From NCBI GenBank assembly GCA_951406725.2, contig OX597831.1, positions 82,212,001-82,276,000 on the forward strand: 64,000 bases of DNA, read 5' to 3'. The DNA is from Octopus vulgaris (lineage: Eukaryota). The translations under genes and the position numbers were made by a program. Positions 27,222-41,432 of the stretch are shown piece by piece (positions within the stretch are counted from its first letter, which is position 1; the number at the start of each line of letters is the position of its first letter). A model generated the notes under the pieces. That model was not told where the DNA came from. It searched no databases and saw only the letters and a program-made list of their open reading frames with translations.

Positions 27222-28920
27222 TGTTCAGCTTTTTTTTCAAGATTTCTTGCCAATAGGGAAAGAGCTGGTTTCTAACCTATATCCAAGGCTCCTTCATTGT
27301 AAGGTCAACATCAACAACAGGGTATTTTCGTTTGTATGTATGTATATATGTATGTATGTATGTATTTATGTATGTATGTATGTATGTATGTATGTATGTA
27401 TGTATGTATGTATGTATGTATGTATGTATGTATGTACGTATGTATGAACTTTTTGCTTTATGTATGTGTTCTCATGCATATATTTGCATATCTGGTCATC
27501 TTCATTTATATAAATGTTAACCTTCTGGTAAGTTTTACAGAATTTTATACTGCCAGTGATGGATTGGATCTGTAGTCTTCGAATTAGCTTTCTCCTTTCT
27601 GGTTTTGAGAAGCCTAATTTCTCAAGAATGGTATTTAGGCATATCCTATGGCCCCAATAATTACAGGTATAAATCAGAACTTGCAAATTGGATATATTAA
27701 CTGCAGATTTCTCAATAGTTCAGCATAAGTATTCACTTTTTGACTGATTTTCAGCTTTATGTTAACATCCGGTGGGCAGCTAGTTTCCACACCTGTTTCT
27801 CTTCTCTACTCCAAATTATCATGTTAAGAATATTATTACGTTTAAATTATTTTTGAGGTTTTCACTGAGTCATTCCACCAGTACTTCTTTTTATTATGAG
27901 TGGCAATAGCTTCTGCCATACTGTGGGTTCTTATTTCTTTGTCCTTGGGGTTATCCTTCCGACAGATTTCATTATACAGAATCCTAGCTACAACATCATA
28001 TCTCATGGGCACATATAACCGTGATGGCATTTTCGGACAACTGCTTATGGTGTGAGTGATATCTTTGGTATCCACAAACCCTGCATCGGTTGTCACATTT
28101 TACTGTTTTCCTACATCTTTATCCCTTTTGTGCATCAGGTTCTTGGTTGATATTTCCTGTTCCTGGATCGCAAACGTGGCAATTAGTAATCCGGTTATTC
28201 ATCCATGGATAAACTGCTTTGATGATCGATGGTACTATCATCTCGGAGCTTTCTACTAACATATCCATGCATAGTTTTCTGCTCATATAGGTCCATCTTT
28301 TGATCTGATGATACGTTGCGGTAGATTCGTGCGATTTCTTTGGGTTAGGTTATCAGACGAAGAATGTTGTTCAACGAGCTGCCTTCCAAGTCTTAAGATG
28401 TTATCAACCTCATGTATGCAAACTTGGTCAAGGGATGCACTTCGACACTCGGTGGTTAAAAGATGTTGCCGAAAGGATATGATGCGACATTCAAAGGCAC
28501 TTTGGATCGATGTTAAGCCTCTGCCGCCTTATTTTCGTTTTAGGTAGAGGCGGTCTAGTTCACTGTTCCTTTGGAAATTATGTGTGCTTGTTAGTATTTT
28601 TCAGGTTTTCACATCAATGGCTCGGATCTCATCAAGCGTCTAATCAAGCAACCCAAGTATTGATCTGAGTACTGGCACTGCAAACACATTGTCGGCCTCT
28701 GTCTTATTGAATGCAGAGTGTTCTGAAGTCTAAATTTTCGATATTCGGCCGTAATATTCTTTAGTGACACGTGTTTTGTTGCAGGTACCATTGTGAGACA
28801 TGTCTTCATCCATCCTTAGATACGTGTAACATTCCTCGTCAGATATAGGAGAAACAGTCAGATAGGGGATGTTGCTAGTCTGGTTTATAGTTTTCCCCCT
28901 TTTCCCAACCATATAACATT
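27222..28920 (-). mobile_element. R4/Dong-type LINE 3' portion including 3' UTR, flanked by (TATG)n
   Basis: Peptides DRLYLKRK.GGRGL, DITHTISSCPKMPSRLYVPMRYDVVAR, YWWNDSVKT and LIRRLQIQSITGS.K.CKT. TATG repeats lie at 27207-27219, inside the UTR, and at 28979-29080. Confidence 0.85.
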
Positions 28921-29081
28921 TATTCTGAAGCTACAGCACGCAGAGTGAAGCCGCTCTCACTTTTCACAGCCACATTTATATATGTATGTATGTATGTTTG
29001 TATGTATGTATGTATGTATGTATGTATGTATGTATGTATGTATGTATGTATGTATGTATGTATGTATGCATGTATGTATGT

Positions 29082-29215
29082 AGGAGGTCTGATCAATAAG
29101 TATCCGGACTGGTGCCAAGCTAAAGTACACAGGGTGAAACAGCTGACACCAATAAGAAATTGGTACTCAATACTGGGTGTCGGCCGATATCCAAACATTG
29201 TCAGGCTGGCTTTAC
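29082..29215 (+). mobile_element. Mariner terminal fragment (same family as 37446)
   Basis: gaggtctgatcaataagtatccggact is shared with 37446-37485. A related piece (agcacgcagagtgaagccgct) lies at ~28935-28956. Confidence 0.65.
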
Positions 29216-30027
29216 GTAGAAAATCGTTTATTCTGTAGTAGTTCATTTGTTGTTGTTGTTGTTTAACCCCAGGCCAGTACTGATCGAGCAGATACCTGTT
29301 GTTAAAGACACTCCGTTGTGATCAATGGATTATCTTGTCAGAGTATCAAGGAGTAATATGTCTTGTTTTCCTTTTATTAAGATGCTAGGGTGTGATTTTA
29401 TGGAGACATGGATTCTATTTCTAGCAAATTGAGCGACCCTGTGGAGTTTCCCTGGTTAATGACCAACGTAGTTGAATGGTTAACCCGTTCGTTTTGCATT
29501 CACACGGTCTCTGGTTCGATATCACCTGGTGAGACCTTGGGCACGTGTCTTTTACCACAAATCTAAGACTGTCAGCATAACAGAGAAGAAGGAAACTGTA
29601 CGGATGCTCATCAGCTGGATTGTTCCTGGATTTCAAAACCCCAGCTTTGTCAGAAGCACTGCCTTCATAATTCTGTAAATGTAACAAATGCCTGTGGAGT
29701 ACTCAGTCACTTTCACATTATTTCAGTGAGCAAACAGCTCAGTTTATCGAACAACTGGATAGTCATCGTTGCAACTGACGGTTATCCATATATTTACGTT
29801 ATAATGAGTCTCAAGAGAATGGAAGTTTATTTCACCTTAATTAAAGAGTAATTAGATTAATGAGGCAACTAATATTAGATGCATACAACAAGAACGTATT
29901 AAAATATATCTGATATGATATAGAACATAAAATATATCATTTACTTATATCGTATATTTAGAATGGATAGCTTTATGCCCGTTTCCGCACAAGCAGAATA
30001 TTTGAATAGATATATGTATACGTGCAT

Positions 30028-30093
<66 letters not shown>

Positions 30094-30515
30094 ACATAAA
30101 AATATCATGTATATTAAAACACATTAAGAGGCTTCCAAATAGGAAAGCCTTGTGCTAGAAAGAGCAGTAGAAAACTCAAACCACTAATTAGGGATAAATT
30201 CTCGGAAGGAATGAAAATATTGACTAAGATATCTCCCAGACAGGAGAAGATATCTTATGTTGTCTGGGAGATATCACTGAGGATATGTCTGGGAGATATC
30301 TTATGGTAGTAGAATAGTATTTAACTGCTATTTCTAAATTTCGGTATGTGGTGAAGTAATTTTGCAAACCCCTAATTATAATTATGTTTATAATTATAAT
30401 AATTTTTGTATAAGTTTACTGATAATGGTTCTTTTAACATACCGAACTACTTGGTAAGATTATTAATTATAAATTGATTAATTAATTTTAAACTTTATTA
30501 TTTTATGTGTGTGTG

Positions 30516-30571
<56 letters not shown>

Positions 30572-31141
30572 ACAATTTAATAAATAAAACATATGCATAC
30601 ATACATACATATATGTATATACTTACATCTATATGTATATACCTACATCTATATGTATATATACATGCATATATGGGTACAGGACACCACAAATAAACGT
30701 AGAACACAACAAGAAATGAAAACATATAAACCAAACAAGGAAACGGACTTTTTTTAACAACGAAAAAACAGAGTCCAAGACAACCAACACAAGGAACATT
30801 CCCCTTCTTCAGCTGCCCCTGTTTCGGCTCATTGCGTGTTTCGAAGGTACCGTCCTGAGAATGGTATAAAACTTATAGAAAAAAGAACTTTTGGATAATA
30901 GGGACTGTTTGGTGGTGGTGGTGGTGGTGATGTAGTGGCAGAGATGGTAGTCGATATGTCGCGAAACATATGGGATGGAGTGAAGATGATGATGAAGGTG
31001 AGAAGGAAGAGGAAGAAGATGGTGGTGGTGGTGGTGGTGGTGGTGGTGGCACTGCTGCTACCACTGATCATTCCTCACGACATTAGACAAAGCTCAAATT
31101 ACACTGAAACTCAACGGAATTAGACAGATGGTTAACTGTAC

Positions 31142-31177
<36 letters not shown>

Positions 31178-31214
31178 ATACATGGCTATGGTCTTTAGTA
31201 TCCCCGCTTCTTGT

Positions 31215-31298
<84 letters not shown>

Positions 31299-31517
31299 CC
31301 ATCTTCATTAAAAAATCTTACATATTCGATCACAGTGAATGTTAAATTTTGCATCATTGAACTATTATAGTTGAGAGAGAAAAAGAGAAAGAGTGAGAGA
31401 GAAAGAGAGAGAGAGGGAAGAGAGAGGAAGAGAGATTGATACGAAGGAAATTTGAGAGACTTTATAAACAGAGGAGCAGTTTAGGGAAGAAGATAATGGA
31501 AGATGTGGTTGCCTCTA

Positions 31518-31578
<61 letters not shown>

Positions 31579-31910
31579 GAGAGAAAGAGAAAGAGAGAGA
31601 GAGAGAAGGTGGGTGGGGAGAGAGTAGAGTTTTGAATGTCGAAAGTTTAGAATAAACTGCATCAAGTAGTTAGCGAAGCTAATGTATGATGTAGGGTTGG
31701 AGAGGAGGTGTGGGGGTTGTGGGGGTGTGACGGGGAGAGGAATAGTGTGGGTGTGGGTGTGGGTAGTGCCACATAAGCACACACACCTAGGTGTACACTC
31801 TTCTATCTTTATACACAATCAGGCGCGCGTACGCAAGTACACACCCGTGCTTCTATGTGTGTGTGTGTGGGTACATACATACAAACATATATACAGCGCA
31901 TATGTGTGAA

Positions 31911-31941
<31 letters not shown>

Positions 31942-32769
31942 TCATGCACACACACACACACACACACAATTGACTGCTAATTAGTGGAGTGGTTCGAGCG
32001 TGAGATGTGAATGCACGACGGCGGCGGAATTTCTTCCGACTCTTCGCGTTCAAACCCAGCATGGCCTGTTCGGATGTAGACTGAGACCATTGCCAAGTTT
32101 AACCCTTTCCCTTGGTATCTTGACAACTTTTGGCAGAATCCATTCTGTTGCAAGAATTCGGACCAGGTCTTCCGTTTGAGAATGCCCTCACCCTTCCCTC
32201 TATCCTTTCTTCCAGTGATGGGAGTTCTGTAGCGGATCCCGGCGTTGCCTTTTCCCGCTGATTGAAGTAAATGATATTCAGAGAGTTTGCAGCTGAGACA
32301 ATCTTTTCTATTCAACATCGATCTTCTCAAGACCTGATAACATCCATTTGGACAATTTCTGTCTCTGTTCTCATTGAAGGGACTTAGGGCTGTAATCACC
32401 TTGTGGATGAGTTTTTCCCACACACCACTGCACACAAACTTTGCTAACACCCCAATGTTATTTATTTAATAAAATTATAATAACATATAATGGCCCCTTT
32501 ATCCGTTTATTTAAGCTTATATCATGAAGAGGAATTTTCAGGAATAATTATTCTTAACTGACCGGTGGGGTCCAGTCCTTTGTTGACTTCTTGGAGTAAT
32601 CCACCTCGTCTGCCTCTGTTGCAGGTGAGAATATCGGTCGATCGCTTCGCTTATCTGCGAGTCTGAAGTCCTGAAAAGACTTGGGCGAGCTTGCGCAGTT
32701 GTGGACAAATGGTGGATGCAGCAACAGCGCATGACCCTCCACCCTCTGACCTGACCTGATCGGCGGTAT

Positions 32770-32885
32770 TTATTTCATGATTCAATTCCGCCAATAAAGT
32801 ACAAAGAGTTTTGCACGGCTCTCCTATATCGTGGTCATTCCTGTTTCGCAGGACAATTAGACCGTCGTCTTTGTATAACACCCGT
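32770..32885 (-). mobile_element. Small Penelope-type RT fragment
   Basis: LYKDDGLIVLRN resembles the catalytic LYRDDGL motif of Penelope-type RTs. Confidence 0.4.
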
Positions 32886-33429
32886 TCTATTACAGATTAT
32901 ATTGTATACAATATAATATATAATATTATAAATATTATATATTTAAAGAGAAATGACACCTTTCGATAGAAGTTAGAATGTGCGAACTAAATAAGTATTA
33001 CTTGCTCTTATTAGAACAATTAAACTGCGTTTAGTTTTATTTATAAAGATTTTTTTGTGATCCTTAAATGTTATATAGGATTTCCTTAAGATTAAATATT
33101 CAACTCTAGTATCTCTATGACAGCTAATGATAATGTCTGTAGATGGAAGTTTATGGAATTAAACGTATGAATGCCAGATTTAGTGAACTTTCAATGATAT
33201 GAATATCAAGTGTAGAAAGATTATTTTAAGCAAATCTCGTTTGACTTCAGAACCTATTCGAGACTAAAAAAGCAAGGTAACATTCTTTCGAAATCGATAA
33301 AATAAGCAACAATTTCGCACTGAGTTCGATGTAATCGACAATCCCGGGCCTCAACAACCAAAATTTCAGGCCTTCAGCCAAAATTTGAAACCATTATTAT
33401 TATTATTATTATTATTATTATCATTATTG

Positions 33430-33505
<76 letters not shown>

Positions 33506-35560
33506 CATTATTATTATTATTATTATTATTATCATTATTATCATTATTATTATTGTTGTCATTATTGTTGTTATTGTTGTTATTATTATCATCATCATCA
33601 TCATTTCATTGCTGCTTTTCAATACACTCTTCCAATAAACACATATTTGTGCAGGTAGATTTCTCAGGCAACAATTTGTCATGAGAAACATGAGAAGTGC
33701 CAAGAGATGGAATTACGTATTTAGTAAAGAACAGAATCTCACTTTCCAGCTTCCTCTTTCTCTCTTCGTCTCTTCCATTCCTTCCTTCCTTCCTCCCTTC
33801 CTTCGCTCTCTCTCTCTCTCTCTTTTTTTTTTTTTTGCGATTCAATAACCAGAATGTCGCTATTTTAGTTTTGTTCTTAATGTTTGTCGATCGTTTTGTG
33901 TCTTTAATGGCGAGGTTTGTGGTGATGGTAGGGCTTTTTGATAGAGTCGGGGCAGGTTGGTGGTGCTGGTGGTGCTGGTGGTGCTGGTGGTGGTGCTGGT
34001 CGTCGTCATTGTAATACTGCTAGCACCGATAAGTAGTAGTAGTAGAGGTGGTGATAGTGGTGGCGGCGGCGGCGGCGGTGGTGGTGGAGGTGGTGGTGGT
34101 AGATGAGATTGTGCAAATATGTGGTGTGGTGAGTGGGAAGTTTTTTCTTTTCTTTCTGCGATCATAAACGAATTCTGTGAAATCATAAAAAAAGAATCAA
34201 CATCAGATTGAATTGGATGAGGTGTCTAAGAATGGGTGTGGATGGATTTAGAAACGTCTATGGATCTATTTATGTATAAATGTATGCATTTGTGTTAATG
34301 CATATATATATATATACACACACATACATATAAAGATATATATGTGTGTGTGTGTGTGCATGTATGTATGTATATATGTATATAAATATGCATATATATA
34401 TATATATATATATATAAATATATATATATACACATATATATATATGCATTTATTTATATTAAGGACATTACTAGACATATATGAATATGTATGTGTATAT
34501 ATGTGTGTGTGTATATAAATATATATATAAACATTGGTTAGAGAACAAACATCAAATATTTATGTATGTATATATGTATGTGTGTATATATGCATGTGTA
34601 TATATATGTATGTATATATATGTATATATACACATATTTATCGATTGCAGGCATATTTATATTAATGAATATATAAATTTATCTGTGTATGTTATGTGCG
34701 TATGTGTGTACATACATAAATATACACATATGTGTGTGTGTGTATGTGTGTGTGTGTATGTGTGTGTGTGTATGTGTGTGTGTGTATGTGTGTGTGTGTG
34801 AGTCTAAGTTTATGCTGCCAACTTTAGATTGAAAAGTTTAAGTTTTGGCTGTAATTTTTCCATTTTCCCTAACATTCTTGGGAAATGTATGAAAGCCATC
34901 TCCTTCATTCCTTTTCTCTCTCAAATCAATAGTGATATCACCCATTGATGGATACCTCCAACTGTCAAAACCTTAAATCAATAATTTTATCTAAAGTATG
35001 ACTGAGCAGGAAGAATCAAAACTGGCCGATGACTGTTTGTGGATGTTTTAGCCCGAGGTTAGCCCGACAACCAGTCGACCTATGATCAATGACATTCTGG
35101 CCGTGAGCATTCCCTTATTCAATCAGACATTGTGTACCTATGCATTTCATTCCGTTTTTTGTTAAAATTGTCGGATATGATTTAGATGAGATTTGATTGC
35201 TATTTCTAGCAAGTTAAGCGACCACGTAAGTGTCCCTTTGATGGGATTGCTTGGACGTATTGGAATCATACAAAACCGAAGACGAGTAATTTTGAGGGTT
35301 GCGGAGATAAGACGACAGAATCGATTCCACTATTTGACGGCTACTTTATTTTATCGACCTCGAAAGAATGAAAGGCAAAGCTGACCTCAACGGGATTTGA
35401 ACTCAGACCGTACAGAACAAGAGGACGTACCAAAAGCATTTTTGTTGTTGTTTCCACCGATTTTTTAACAGTGATTGGTATCATTTTTCCTTCTTTGGGT
35501 CAATATAATCGAACTCTTTCACTGAAGGCTGAGGCTTTCTTCTTAGAAAAGCAATATTTA

Positions 35561-35606
<46 letters not shown>

Positions 35607-36679
35607 TTTCTCTTCCATTTTGAATTGCTCAGTTTTTGTTGTTTAACAGCAGTCCAGTCCTGATCGAGCAGATCTATGAACAGAGGAGTTCCAGTCGTGA
35701 CCACCCCGTCTAGTTTCATGACAGAAAGCTAGGACTATAGTATCCGGTGTGTCAAATGATATTTATGACAGTAAACTGTGATTTGAGGGAGATTCAGCGA
35801 TGATTGAGCGGTTCCTTTCTGTGTAGTGTTTGTTTTAAGGTGCCGCATGATCCGGAGGCACGATTCGAAGCAAAATGTTAAAAAAATATTTTAAAAAAGC
35901 ATAGAAGAGAGGTTTTGCTCTTTCAAACAATATCTTGTACGACCATTCGTCGTTGAAATCTTAGGAACTACCTCATTTTCATCCTCTCACATAGGATTGT
36001 ATTCTGCGGATAGAAGAGAGGGAGCTCTATTGTTTATCTGAGATTCTTCTATACTTCGATCGAGTTGTCGTTCCATTACAAAGCAATATCGTGTCCATTG
36101 TGTATCCCGCCTCGTAAATTCTACTTCAGCAGCCCCTCCTATTGACCTCAATTAGGCACCTAAATTTCCATAACAGACCATTATGTACTTCCAAACAATA
36201 ATATTAGGTCGATTGTGATTTAATGTAAATGCTATTTTTATGTTGAGGTTTCACCAATACTCTTTGATCCATTGATCTCAATGGTTATTGTTTATCGTTT
36301 TCTTTTTATTTCTAATTTCAGATTGTTCTGGCTAAAATATTGATGTTCATGGTGAGACAGTGTCTCGATTTCATTGACCATTGAACGCAAGGATGTTACA
36401 TATGTCTTCACAAAATATTAACCAGATGCTGTGTCACTATTTGTGCAATGGCTAATGGATGTCGTTTTCTAAATACTAGATTGTTTGGAGGCAAACTTTG
36501 AAGCGAAATGCTATAAACTCGTACCGTATTTAATGCTAAGCTTTTACGGGCGTTTGAACCCACTCGCAGCCGTGAATATTCTCTGAAAACTGTAGATAAA
36601 TGGATCTGTGCACATCTGTGCATTAGTGTGTGTATTTGTGTGAGCACACACGCTCGCACGCACACACATGCAAATATGG

Positions 36680-37308
36680 ATTAGAAGCAGTGCTAGTGCT
36701 GTAAACGTTATCGAACTCGCTCAATATACGAGACATGATTTTCGCCGGTAAGCTGAGAATTGACGCGGTGGAGATGATTCTCTCAAAGCGCCGGGTATTA
36801 AAACACCAGAAGGTCATAGATAGGCAAGACAATTCACCCTGAAAACCATTCAGGAGCGATGGACAGAGAGGATTCGCCATTTTTGTGGATCATCAACATC
36901 ACGTACATGAGCTAAACCAGCGGAAAATTGAATAGCCTGTCCATGATTATGTGCAAAATGGTGTAAGAACCATCTGTTGCTACACTCGAACGATGAATGT
37001 GTAGGAAAAAATTCAAATATATATTAGAAGCAGCGCTAGTATTGCAAACGTTACCGCACACACATAGTCAATATACGTGCTCTGATTGTTCGCCGGAAGG
37101 CTGCGAAGTAATGCGGTGGAGGTGACTCTATCAAAGCACTGCGAGTCAAAACGCCTGAAAGTCATAAACAGAGACACGGAGTGAATTGTCTCACCAGTCT
37201 ATGGCTTTCAGGTGTTTTAACACTCGGCACTTTGAGAGAGTCAATACCACAGCGTCACTTCGCAGCCTACCGGCAAACAATTGGTTTCGCGTGCTAAGCA
37301 TGTGTTCC
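36680..37308. repeat. Cluster of three diverged ~130-160 bp repeats: two direct, the third inverted and abutting the second
   Basis: attagaagcag.gctagt...cgccgg.a.gctg.gaa...gcggtggag..ga.tct.tcaaagc occurs at 36680-36838 and 37022-37180. A reverse-complement copy lies at 37181-37308. Confidence 0.8.
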
Positions 37309-37335
37309 ATAGACATACATAAATACATACACACG

Positions 37336-37413
<78 letters not shown>

Positions 37414-37445
37414 TATATCGGCACACACACACTTATAGATACATG

Positions 37446-37935
37446 CATAAATACTTTCATGGTATGATCAATAAGTATCCGGACTGTTGCCATAGTAACG
37501 AACCTAAAGCACGCAGAGTAAAGCCGCTTGGTACTTTGATCAGAAACTCTGCTGTGCATGCGCACTAAGTTTTAACGTCCTAGCTCACTTCCGCTGTTTA
37601 CAGCAGGGCTTGGGAGGAAGGTGTGTAGCGTGTGATTGTCGCATTGACCATGACAGAGAAAGTTGAGCAGAGAATCTGCATCAAATTTTGCCAAAAGCTT
37701 GGTAATACTTGCTCAGTCAAGAAGATTTTGTGCAATTGAAACCCGATTGTCTTTCTGGTCAGCTGAAAGCAGTTTTGATACAAAATTAGCAGACACGCGT
37801 CTCACATCCAAATCTTCATTGATAATGGACTGAACTAAACCGTAACTAATCTGCACATCCCCTGACAACTCACGGATGGGGATTCGACGATTCCTTCTCA
37901 CAGCTGCACGCATATTTGCGATGTTTTTCTCAATT
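37446..37935. mobile_element. Rearranged mariner remnant: TIR + transposase N-terminus on +, second HTH/linker region on -
   Basis: The + strand encodes MTEKVEQRICIKFCQKLG from 37650. The - strand encodes NRRIPIRELS...SYGLVQSIINEDLDVRRVSANFVSKLLSADQK.NRV (WVP-like linker). Confidence 0.85.
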
Positions 37936-37939
37936 CTTT

Positions 37940-38293
37940 TTCTTTTACGTGTTTCAGTTATTAGACTGTGGCCATGCTGGGGCACCGCTTCGAACAATTT
38001 TTAGTCAAATGAATCAATCCCGGTACTCTTTTGGATCCTCGCACTTATTCTATCGGTTTTCCTTTTGCCGAACGGCTAAGTTACGAGGGTCTTAAACACA
38101 CCAATACCGGTTGCCAAGCAATGACAGATGACAAACGCAGACATAAACACATACATATTTTTATATACGACAGGATTTTTTCAGTTTCTGTCCACCAAAT
38201 CCACCCACAAGGCTCTGATCGGCCCGGGGCTGAAGTAGAAGACACTCAAGGTGCCACACAGTGGGACTGAACCGTGTGGTTGAGAAGCAGACT
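37940..38293 (-). mobile_element. SINE family A copy
   Basis: Reverse-complement homology to 16100-16470. Confidence 0.85.
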
Positions 38294-39050
38294 TTTCAGT
38301 AAAAAAAAATATACAGCTGAGCTGAGGAAGGGCAAAACTAAAGCGTCTCATCGTCCCCTTGATTAATATCAGTCTTCTTGTTCATCTCTTTCACTGCGTA
38401 TTGAGTTCTTCTTTAGACGCAAGATTTTATAGAAAAGAAAAGAGAAAAAAAAATCATCAGTGTTGTAACATTCACACTTTATCCCACTTTACTTTGGGGA
38501 GAAAAATGAAATAAAATTAAAACATGGATTGAACCCTGGTCACCGTTGCTTACACTCCACATGTTACATCCAGTCATTCCCCAAAGAATTACTGGTAAAT
38601 TACATCTAACACGGATGCATTAGACGCCCCCTCAATTCCAGCAAAACATATTCAGAGAAAAACAAAAAGAGATTTCACTGCATTAAATCTTATGGGGGTT
38701 CCAGCTCCGCAGACAGGAATTCGGGTGACTTTTTGAGGCATTTATTGGAGGTTGGGGGAGGGCGTCATACATACATCAAATACGGTTAATTTGTTTAAAA
38801 TTAGGTTGCTAATTTTACTGTGATTAGGTTTAAGATATTCAACAATACTTCCATCGGATCACTACTTTGAAAACCATGCACCGAATTCTCACATTCTCAG
38901 ACGTTATCTATCTTTATTCCGTGTAAGATCTTACGTCGCCTTCCTTTCAAACAAACCTCATCTTCTGCTCTTCAACAAAGCTTTTTATTATTCTTCCTCG
39001 CTGGAACTTGTTCTTATTGTTGTTGCTCTTCTTCTTCTTCTCCTCCTTCC

Positions 39051-39081
<31 letters not shown>

Positions 39082-39949
39082 CTTCTTCTTCTTCTTCTTC
39101 TTCTCCTCCTCCTCCTCCTTCTTCTTCTTTTTCTTCTCCTCGTCCTCTTACTCCTCTTCCTCCTCCCCTCCTCCTCCTCCTCCTCCTCCTTCTTCTTCTT
39201 CTTCTTCCATCCTGCACAAACTGTACTTCCACACATCACCCCTCTCCTCTCCCTCTTTCCACTCCTCATATATTCCATAACACCTCTCCCTTCTCCCACC
39301 ATATCACATTATTTTTAGTTCTCTCTCTCTCTCTTTCCCTCCCCCTCCTCCTTTCTCTCTCTCTCTCTCTCTTGTTTCTATCGCAACCTCTTCTTTTGAA
39401 TATCTTGCTTCTAGAACTATCAGATTCCAGTGCACAAGAACCAGGAATGTCTTTTATCTCTCTTTTCTTCCACCCGACTCTTCCTTCCACTTCCACCCGT
39501 TGCTCCATTCTTTCTTGCTTTCACCCTCCCCCTCTCTCTCCTTCTCTTTTCTTCTCTCAATCACTGGGATATGCCGCCGAACGTAGTAAACCATAACGGA
39601 CATTATGTATGTATGTCTGTATGTATGTATGTATGTATGTATGTCTGTGTGTATGTGTGCGTGTATGTGTGTATGTATGTATGTATGTATGTATGTATTT
39701 ATGTATGTATTGTATGTATGTATGTATGTATGTATGTATGTCTGTGTGTATGTGTGCGTGTATGTATGTATGCATGCATGTATGTATGTATGTATGTATG
39801 TATGTATGTATGTATGTGTATGTATGTATGTATGTATGTATGTATTATGTATGTATGTGTGCGTGTATGTGTGTGTGTATGTATGTATGTGTATGTAGGT
39901 ATATATGTATGCATGTATGTATGCATTTTTATGTATGTATAAGTATGTG

Positions 39950-39981
<32 letters not shown>

Positions 39982-40434
39982 AGTGTATGTGTGTGTATGT
40001 ATGCATGTATGTATATATATGTATATATATATGTATGCATGTATATGTATGTATGTATGTATGTATGTGTATGTATGTATGTATGTATGTATGTGTATGT
40101 ATGTATGTATGTATGTGTATGTATGTGTGTATGTATGTATGTATGTGCAGCGAGATAGAGCGATATGTATGTGTGTGCCCGTATCCATAATCTATGTTTG
40201 TTTCCCTTTGCATCCCGTAACTTTGCGTTTCGCTACAAATAAGCATCCGGCGCAACATATTTCCCCAAAACAAAACCAATCCCTTATCATGAAAATTGCA
40301 CAAAAAAGCAGAAAAATTAATTTGCGAAATAATGACTTTATGTATTTCAGACTGAATCAAACAAAATGTTACTGTTTTACGGGGTTTCTCTTCTATTGAT
40401 TTGGCACAAGGTCAGAAATTTCAAGTAAGTTGGT

Positions 40435-40795
40435 AAATCGATTACATCTATCTCAGTTCTCAACCAGTACTTATTTTATCGACCCCGAAACGATGAAGAG
40501 CAAAGGCAGCCTCGGCGGAATTTGAACTCAGATCGTAAAGACAGACAAAATATCGCTAAGCATTTTCACCCAGAATGTTAACGACTCTGCGAGTTCACCG
40601 CCTTTGGGAGCTTTAATATTACAAGATATTTTAATAGGAATAATATTTTCTATTATACGCACAACGCCAGTACGCAACTGGTACTTAATTTATCGACCCC
40701 GAAAGGATGAAAGGCAAAGTCAACCTCGGCGGAATGTGAACTCAGAACGTAAAGACAGACGAAATACCGCTAATTATTTCGCCCGGCGCGCTAAA
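40435..40795 (-). mobile_element. Two adjacent SINE family B copies (~40435-40602 and ~40667-40795)
   Basis: Each has tatcgaccccgaaa.gatgaa.....c.gcctcggcggaat.tgaactcaga. More diverged copies lie at ~35318-35420 and ~55470-55620. Confidence 0.85.
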
Positions 40796-41321
40796 TTTTA
40801 ATGGGAATAATGTTAAATTAAATTTTAGTTCTGCACACAAATTTTACTGCAGAAATAACAAATATTAACAGCATATATTTTAAATGAGAATCTCCATGTT
40901 GTTCTTCCTGGATGTGTAATTATTTGAATTCTAAATTGTACTTTAAATAATTCGTCTCTTTCCAAATCAATAACTAATTGTGAGAATGTATTTAACGCTG
41001 ATAATTTACTTCCTGAAAGTTTGACTGCAAATGCGTTTAAATTAAGATTCTGTCCTCATCAGTATGACTTCAAGGACCTAAAACGTATTAGACACCAGTT
41101 GCCAAACAACGTGTTTAAGAAATACTGAGAGAATAAGATTATTTCGAAAATAATGGGGCGTGACATGCTTTAACGGGATTCAATACATACACACATACAC
41201 ACGCGCATACATACATACATACATACATACATACATACATACATACATACATGCATGCATGCATGCATACATACATACATACATACATACATACATACAT
41301 ACATACATACATACATACATA

Positions 41322-41432
41322 CAAAAATACCCAGTTGTTGATGTTGAAATTCCAATGAAGGAGTCTTGGATCTAGGTTAGAAATCGGCTCATTCTTTACT
41401 GGTAAGAAATCTTGAAATAAAACTGAAAAATC
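41322..41432 (+). mobile_element. Isolated 3' end of the (CATA)-associated LINE
   Basis: ttgttgatgttga...caatgaaggag.cttggat.taggttagaaa...gctc...aagaaatcttgaaa matches the reverse complement of 27225-27330. It follows a (CATA)n tract. Confidence 0.8.

Noticed and set aside
41354-41395. SECIS-like or HHR-like reading of the LINE 3' hairpin (atgaaggag...gaaa..ggctc)
   Set aside because: It lacks the 3' GA of the SECIS quartet and the CUGA core. More simply a LINE 3' stem-loop.
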